A program made the position numbers and the translations under genes. The notes under the pieces were generated by a model. It made no database searches, was not told the DNA's origin, and worked only from the letters and a program-made list of their open reading frames with translations. A DNA stretch of 64,000 bases from a virus, in IMG/VR virus record IMGVR_UViG_3300013099_000018, positions 32,001-96,000 of that record; one strand, written 5' to 3'. Positions 58,062-64,000 of the stretch are shown in pieces (positions within the stretch are counted from its first letter, which is position 1; each line of letters starts with the position of its first letter).

Positions 58062-58964
58062 GTGTTGGTTATGGGTGAGATTGTCGAACATCTTGATTTG
58101 AAATATTATGTCGATGAAAACTATCCAGCATCAAGAGAGCCTATTAGAGAAAATGAGTCACATGTTCTTGGATTCTGTATAATAATAGCAGATAGAAATA
58201 AAGTATTCGTAGATGTAGGAGCTTGTACTGGTAAATACTCCATACCCATGAGCAAACACTATGGTATGGTTATAGCAATAGAACCCAACCCTAAAAACAT
58301 CGAATTCTTAAGGAAAAACATAGAACTTAACAAATGTGATAATATTGTAATAATAGATAAAGCAGTATCAAACACTAAAGGTAAAACTAAATTAGCTTTA
58401 AAAGGTTCTCAAAGCTTTATAGAAGCTTACAATGTGAAAGATTCAATAGAAGTTGAAACAGATACCTTAGACAACTTAATCGAAAAAGCAGATGTGATAA
58501 AGATTGATGTTGAAGGTGCTGAACTAAAAGTCATAGAAGGTTCTGAAAGGATAATTGACGAGCATAAACCTATCTTTGTAGTAGAGCATAACGAATACTG
58601 GAGCGGTGATAAACCCAAAACCCATCTGGACATAATGAAAAAGCTCATAGCTAAAGGCTATTATCCATTCAACTACAACTATGTTCATTGGATTTATGTT
58701 CCGAAAGAAAAAATATCCAACTTTGCAGGACAACTTTCTGAATACGCTCAGGGAAGGTTGTTATCCCATCATATCTTCTACGAAATTATTATTAAGAATA
58801 TCAAAGAAGGTAAACCTTGGTATTACGGGTTGCCTAACACATGGTGGCATGGTGTGAGTATTTTAGAATTTGTCTCGGTGTTAGTTCATAAAGCTCCTTA
58901 TGAAAAGGAGTGGTTAGACCTTTACAAGAAGACAATATTTAACAACTATGGTTTTAAAATTTGA
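58062..58964 (+). CDS. FkbM-family SAM-dependent methyltransferase
   Basis: VDVGACTG.YS, IEPNP.N, DTLD, IKIDVEGAE. Confidence 0.9.
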   Translation: MLVMGEIVEHLDLKYYVDENYPASREPIRENESHVLGFCIIIADRNKVFVDVGACTGKYSIPMSKHYGMVIAIEPNPKNIEFLRKNIELNKCDNIVIIDKAVSNTKGKTKLALKGSQSFIEAYNVKDSIEVETDTLDNLIEKADVIKIDVEGAELKVIEGSERIIDEHKPIFVVEHNEYWSGDKPKTHLDIMKKLIAKGYYPFNYNYVHWIYVPKEKISNFAGQLSEYAQGRLLSHHIFYEIIIKNIKEGKPWYYGLPNTWWHGVSILEFVSVLVHKAPYEKEWLDLYKKTIFNNYGFKI

Positions 58965-58979
58965 TACAGAGGTGGTATC

Positions 58980-59813
58980 GTGATAGTCGGTATAATAAAC
59001 GGATATTATAGGAGTGGTACAACATTCATGCAACGATTATGCTCTAAAAGCAATCCTAATTTCATAGTCTTAAGTGAGCCAACACAGCATGAAATCATTG
59101 ACCACATAATGGCTAACGGTTGCAACAACACGAACCTACTACACGGATGGGAAATCTTCAAAGACTACTGTAAATTACCACGTAAAGTTAGGCATGAATT
59201 CATAAGAAGACATTTTACAGTATTCGATGAAAACGAAAACCAGTGGGGTATTATGACATCAGAAGGAGCTATAAGGTATCTACTTCAACCTCTACACGAT
59301 TATAACCAACCAGTAGTAATCAAATCAACACAACTACACTTACACCTAGAGAAAGTAAAGAAATGGTATGATTGTTGGGTGCTACACTTAGATAGATGTA
59401 TAGAAAACATTATTGCAGACCATTTCACTTATTATGCTTTAGTAAACTCTACTAAAGCTAAAGAACTTCTCACAAGCAACAATAAACCATTGCCTTTCTA
59501 TGCTGATTTAGTATTCAAGAACCTTGTAGAATACTATGGTTTAGACGAAAGCATAGCAAGGAACAACCTTGACAAACTTGTATTCAACATACTTACCGTT
59601 AAAAAAGCAATAGAACGACAGAAAGGTATAACTGTAATAGACTTTGACAAATTCATTTCAAATCCAAAACAGTATTTAAACAAGCTACCTTTCAAGATAA
59701 ATGAAAGTCTGTTAAAGCTTATAGATTCGTCAAAGAAGAATCCAGTTCCAGATTGGCTTAAAAGTATGATAAAAGATTCTATAAACTATTTAAATAATGT
59801 TTTGAGGTGGTAA
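58980..59813 (+). CDS. PAPS-dependent sulfotransferase-family protein
   Basis: 5'-PSB-like GYYRSGTTFM, EP, IK, 3'-PB-like LHLDR. Confidence 0.72.
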   Translation: MIVGIINGYYRSGTTFMQRLCSKSNPNFIVLSEPTQHEIIDHIMANGCNNTNLLHGWEIFKDYCKLPRKVRHEFIRRHFTVFDENENQWGIMTSEGAIRYLLQPLHDYNQPVVIKSTQLHLHLEKVKKWYDCWVLHLDRCIENIIADHFTYYALVNSTKAKELLTSNNKPLPFYADLVFKNLVEYYGLDESIARNNLDKLVFNILTVKKAIERQKGITVIDFDKFISNPKQYLNKLPFKINESLLKLIDSSKKNPVPDWLKSMIKDSINYLNNVLRW

Positions 59814-59814
59814 C

Positions 59815-60018
59815 ATGGATTACACCTTAACACTCTCAATAGAAATATTAGGGTTAGGTATAGCAATAGCTTCAGCAACTCTAAAATTTTATACAACTAC
59901 TTTAAAGAAATTACAGAACCACGATGATAGGCTTGGTTTCATAGAGTTTAGATTAGATAGGATTGAGAGAAAGCTCGATGAGTTAAACGGTAGAATGCGA
60001 GTTAATAAACCATCGTAA
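59815..60018 (+). CDS. Small TM plus coiled-coil protein
   Basis: N-terminal hydrophobic helix then RLDRIERKLD. Confidence 0.55.
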   Translation: MDYTLTLSIEILGLGIAIASATLKFYTTTLKKLQNHDDRLGFIEFRLDRIERKLDELNGRMRVNKPS

Positions 60019-60024
60019 AATATC

Positions 60025-61371
60025 ATGGTCTTTGACGTATTTCCTACAGTATTACCAGTAATAACAGCACCAGTAAAACCAACAGAGTTAACATCATCAG
60101 ATTGGGCGAAAGGTGTTGAGAAAGCAATATCAATCGAGTTTACACCGACATTCGATGAAGCTGTAGGTATTGACTTAGCATTCATAACACCTTATGGATT
60201 TGATTTAGCAAGTGTCATTGAGACATCATCACTAAACGTTTTAGCAAAAGATTCGGCGACACTAATCGAAATCTTAGGTTCGAGAGGTTTCATAGCTTAT
60301 GAATATGGTAATCTGATAGATATAGCATCATCTATTGGTTTTTCATCATACGATTCGGCAACTGGTATAGGCTTAGCATATTTCACTCCTAAAGCAATCG
60401 ATTTCGGACAGCTAACCGAAATATATGCAGTTCCAAATGTATTAGCTCATGATAGTGCTGTCGGTGTAGAACTTTACAGAAGGTTCTTAGAAGCAATTGA
60501 CAGAGCATTTGGTGTTGAAAAGCTTGGAGATAGAACTTTCTCATCAATAGACATCTCAACTACAATTGAAAGAGCTATAAAATTGTTCTCAGTTTCAGAT
60601 TACGCTCAAGCGATAGACTTTGGACAACTAATGTTAATAGCCACAGACTTTGCAACATCGTTAGAACAAATCCCAATGCGAGAGTTCATCCTTGTAGATT
60701 TAGCAACTGGATTTGATAGGTTAATAGAGAGATACTTTGAAGTCATAGATGCTCGCATAGGTATCGACAGAGTTATCGTAGAATTCGAAGAGAGTTGCAT
60801 TAAAGTACTCTACTTCGCATTTGGAACATACGGTTTCATTCACATCTATAGCATAGACAACTTCACTCCACCATTCGTTGTCGAAGCTAAGTTTTCACCG
60901 AGAACTGCAAAAGGTCATGATGCAAGGTTGGATTTGTATTACCCAGACAAACTTGGTTATCATCCAGCGGATGCCTACGGTTCTTATTTGCATGCATGGG
61001 GAAGTGGAGACTCAGATGGAGACCCATTCAAAGGCTTATTTGCATGGGGATTCAGAACTGATACCGAATCTCTACTAAACCAATCTATGGATAAGGAATT
61101 CTACGCTAATAGATGGTACATCTTTAGAATAATCCAACAAACTGATAACACGAAATTCCAAGTTTATGGCGAGAAAAGAGACTTATTGGCAGAAGCTGAA
61201 CATACGAGTGGTCATAATGTAGATTTGAAAGTTGTAATCGGTGCTTGTAACGAAGATAATCAAGGATTTGTTCAAGAAGTCTGGTATGATTGGGTTTTCG
61301 TTAGAAAATACATCGAACCAGAACCTTCAATATCTATAGGTTCTGAAGAAACAAGTCCCGTTGAGTGGTAA
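60025..61371 (+). CDS. Putative fibre/adhesin: ~15-16-aa D-periodic repeats plus C-terminal lectin-like domain
   Basis: Repeated (A/S).D.A..I(E/D); ends DWVFVRKYIEPEP. Confidence 0.6.
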   Translation: MVFDVFPTVLPVITAPVKPTELTSSDWAKGVEKAISIEFTPTFDEAVGIDLAFITPYGFDLASVIETSSLNVLAKDSATLIEILGSRGFIAYEYGNLIDIASSIGFSSYDSATGIGLAYFTPKAIDFGQLTEIYAVPNVLAHDSAVGVELYRRFLEAIDRAFGVEKLGDRTFSSIDISTTIERAIKLFSVSDYAQAIDFGQLMLIATDFATSLEQIPMREFILVDLATGFDRLIERYFEVIDARIGIDRVIVEFEESCIKVLYFAFGTYGFIHIYSIDNFTPPFVVEAKFSPRTAKGHDARLDLYYPDKLGYHPADAYGSYLHAWGSGDSDGDPFKGLFAWGFRTDTESLLNQSMDKEFYANRWYIFRIIQQTDNTKFQVYGEKRDLLAEAEHTSGHNVDLKVVIGACNEDNQGFVQEVWYDWVFVRKYIEPEPSISIGSEETSPVEW

Positions 61372-61409
61372 GGAAATCTTTTATTAAGATTTAAGGTATA
61401 AATATCTAC

Positions 61410-62111
61410 ATGGTTAAAGATAAGTTGGTTATTAGAAGAGAGGAAGTAAACTTAGAAAGAGATACAACTACAGAAAAATTGGACTCTGGAGCTAATTTAG
61501 ACCTCTTCTATGAACTTGAAGTAAGGGATAAGAACGGAAAATTAATATCGAAGAGAACTGGTAGAAGCAAGTCTCTTGTGAGGAATTTCGCATTGATGCT
61601 AAGAGGATTAATGGCTGGAAACATAGCAGGTGTCGTTTCTGGCTCTACTTGGAACACTAAAGTAACGGTAACCGCTACGGATGGCACGACATTTGATTAT
61701 CCAAACTTACCGAGCTACTCAGAGGCTGAAAACGCTCCATCAGCAATGGAAGCATCAGCACTTGAAAGGGTGGATGAATATGGTGTTGTAGTCGGAACAG
61801 GCTCAACAGCAGTAACGAGAGACGATTACAAGTTAGAATCACAAGTTCCAGACGGATTCGCAGATGGTCAAATGGTTTACGGTAAAACTACAGTTGAAGA
61901 CGTGAACGGAGACCCACCAAGCTCGGTCTTCAGAATAATAAGAACATTCACCAACGAAGGCTCTTCGACAATATCGATTTACGAAATAGGTTTAATCGTA
62001 AAAGCTCAAGACAAATACGTATTGATAGCAAGAGATGTTTTAGACACAGCACAAGATGTCCCAGCAGGAGCAACCCTAACAGTAAGATATATCTTCAAAG
62101 TAACAGCATAA
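61410..62111 (+). CDS. Putative virion structural protein (fibre-base/collar-like)
   Basis: GTGST....DY.L, EIGL, ARDV, LTVRY pattern. Confidence 0.55.
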   Translation: MVKDKLVIRREEVNLERDTTTEKLDSGANLDLFYELEVRDKNGKLISKRTGRSKSLVRNFALMLRGLMAGNIAGVVSGSTWNTKVTVTATDGTTFDYPNLPSYSEAENAPSAMEASALERVDEYGVVVGTGSTAVTRDDYKLESQVPDGFADGQMVYGKTTVEDVNGDPPSSVFRIIRTFTNEGSSTISIYEIGLIVKAQDKYVLIARDVLDTAQDVPAGATLTVRYIFKVTA

Positions 62112-62129
62112 TGTCTTCTTTAATTTCTC

Positions 62130-64000
62130 ATGCCTATAACTGCAGAAATTCAAAGTTATGATGTAGCTACTTTACTTGATAGAGCTACTGATAGAGGTAT
62201 TCATCTAAAAGACCAAGCCAAAGGAACAGATAGGTTAATAGAAAGACATCTTGAAAATGTAGAAAATGTCATCAATATTCTAATACAGAGGACAAAAGAG
62301 TTTAGATACGTAGGTTTTGGCGATTTTGTAAGAGTTAAAGACCAAAACCTTATTGTAGATACTCTTAAACTTCTTGATACTGTTTTACAAGTTTATTATC
62401 CTTGTTCTAAATACTCTGAAATTGTACGCAAAATCAGATATGTAACTAAAGATGACTTTATCTTACCAGATGACCATAATTTAGTTGTAGATGCGATTAA
62501 AAGCGTAAGAGATTGCTTAGCACAAGTAGTACCACAATGGGACTTAGTATCATTAGACATGTATATAGGAATGTTAAATTACGTCAAAGAAGAAGACCCT
62601 GTCTTATCTTTTCAATACAATGCGAAAATAGATGCACTTAAGAATATTCTAAAGTTCATATTCAAATACGTATTTGTAACTACAGAACAAATAGTAGAAC
62701 TATTTACAGAATATGGTATATCTCTGAGAGTATTAAATATAGAAATTGAACCTTTTATAGAATTCTCAACGACAACTGAAATCTTAGAATCACTAATCGA
62801 AGCTACAATTTCTTATAACTTAACTACGATTTCACTGGATTTATCAAGTATAATAGATAGTTTAGGCGAAGCAACAACTAAAACCATTGATAGTTTAGAC
62901 TTGGTAGAAAGCATTGGAGAATTAACCACAGCAATAACCGAAGGATTGGCAGAAATACAAGGAATTGGTGAAGTTACCATTGAAGTTGTTGAAGGTTTAG
63001 CTCCGATAGAATCATCATATGATTTTCCAGAGATAATAGATTTCTTACCAGAAATAATAGCATCATACGATTTCCCATCAATCATTACTAAGCAATTATC
63101 AATCTTAACAGAATACGATTTTCCACCTATCACCACAGAACAACTACAAATGCTAACAGAATACGATTTCCCTTCTTACATCACCGAGCAACTACAACCT
63201 CAAACCGAATACAGCTACACAATAGAATTCATTGAGAAAGAGATTCATCCAGAGGCTATATGTGAAATAGTATATCCCATTATTATCGAAAAAAGTATAG
63301 AGCTATTTTCTGAACATGCAGAAACAATAGAAACGGTAGATAAGGAACTTGAGATTGTAATTCCATTTGACCTACCACCAACGATAAGCGGTTACACCGA
63401 ACTATTACTATCATACGATTTCCCATCTTACATTACTGAACAACTCCAAATGCTAACAGAATATGACTTTCCTTCGATTTACGATTCAACCGCATTATTA
63501 GCTACAACATACGATTTTCCATCTGTTTACGATTTGGAACAACCCATAACAGCAATTGAAGAACTGACAACGACAACATACGATTTAACCATTCAAGCCT
63601 TGCTTGAAATATACTCAACGCTAGAGAGCTACGATTTAGAAACGGTTACACAACTTCTGATAGACAAAACCTTAGATAGCTATGACTTGAAAACTATAAC
63701 TCAACTAATCCTCGACAAATACCTCGAATCGTTAGACTTGGAGATTCTCGGTGCTGAAACAGTCATCGAGAAAACCTTAGAAAGCTACGATAAACCACTC
63801 GACTTATCATTGTCGATAGATAGAACTACCAAATCTCTCGATGAAACATCGACAGTTCAAACCTCTTACGAGTTTGAAATGATATATTGGTTACGTGGTT
63901 ACAAATACCGTAGAGCTATAACCATAACCAACAACGCTCAAGAAGTAAACGATTACCAAGTCTTAATAGTTCTAACTCCACAAAACTTCGACTATTCTAA
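62130..64000 (+). CDS. Large acidic repeat protein (fibre/adhesin), 3'-truncated by window; not in ORF track
   Basis: Open from MPITAEIQ to window end; ~16-aa YDFP/YDL repeats; ends WLRGYKYRRAITI...DYQVLI..NFDYS (DUF2341-like start). Confidence 0.75.
   Translation, partial: MPITAEIQSYDVATLLDRATDRGIHLKDQAKGTDRLIERHLENVENVINILIQRTKEFRYVGFGDFVRVKDQNLIVDTLKLLDTVLQVYYPCSKYSEIVRKIRYVTKDDFILPDDHNLVVDAIKSVRDCLAQVVPQWDLVSLDMYIGMLNYVKEEDPVLSFQYNAKIDALKNILKFIFKYVFVTTEQIVELFTEYGISLRVLNIEIEPFIEFSTTTEILESLIEATISYNLTTISLDLSSIIDSLGEATTKTIDSLDLVESIGELTTAITEGLAEIQGIGEVTIEVVEGLAPIESSYDFPEIIDFLPEIIASYDFPSIITKQLSILTEYDFPPITTEQLQMLTEYDFPSYITEQLQPQTEYSYTIEFIEKEIHPEAICEIVYPIIIEKSIELFSEHAETIETVDKELEIVIPFDLPPTISGYTELLLSYDFPSYITEQLQMLTEYDFPSIYDSTALLATTYDFPSVYDLEQPITAIEELTTTTYDLTIQALLEIYSTLESYDLETVTQLLIDKTLDSYDLKTITQLILDKYLESLDLEILGAETVIEKTLESYDKPLDLSLSIDRTTKSLDETSTVQTSYEFEMIYWLRGYKYRRAITITNNAQEVNDYQVLIVLTPQNFDYS

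Overview
AT-rich (roughly one-third GC) DNA of a previously unrecognised-looking archaeal virus of the rudivirus-like/Tokiviricetes (Adnaviria) type. Positions 1-20130 are the reverse complement of 20131-40260 (position x mirrors 40261-x), with a perfectly palindromic centre (..TTATTACAC|GTGTAATAA..). This is most simply a covalently closed hairpin genome end read through or assembled as a fold-back, so the unique sequence is ~20131-64000. From the terminus inward: (1) telomeric boxes and a 14-bp-period repeat array. (2) An early module with two glutamine-synthetase-fold amidoligases, a class II glutamine amidotransferase and small cassette genes behind near-identical strong promoters. (3) A promoter-driven, GC-rich 120-nt structured ncRNA candidate. 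(4) Many small Zn-finger/RHH/AbrB genes, a thymidylate-synthase-fold enzyme with the dCMP-type Asp, a Cas4-like nuclease, an AcrIII-1 (DUF1874) ring nuclease and an Hjc resolvase. (5) A structural module: SIRV2-fold major capsid protein, a second protein ending in an MCP-like domain, a TnpB-only IS200/IS605 element that cleanly interrupts a small gene, a 2012-aa repeat protein, a glycan-tailoring set (two GT4s, one with two inteins, an FkbM methyltransferase and a sulfotransferase), and fibre/adhesin-like genes running off the window end. All family calls are from motif recognition by eye; no searches were run.
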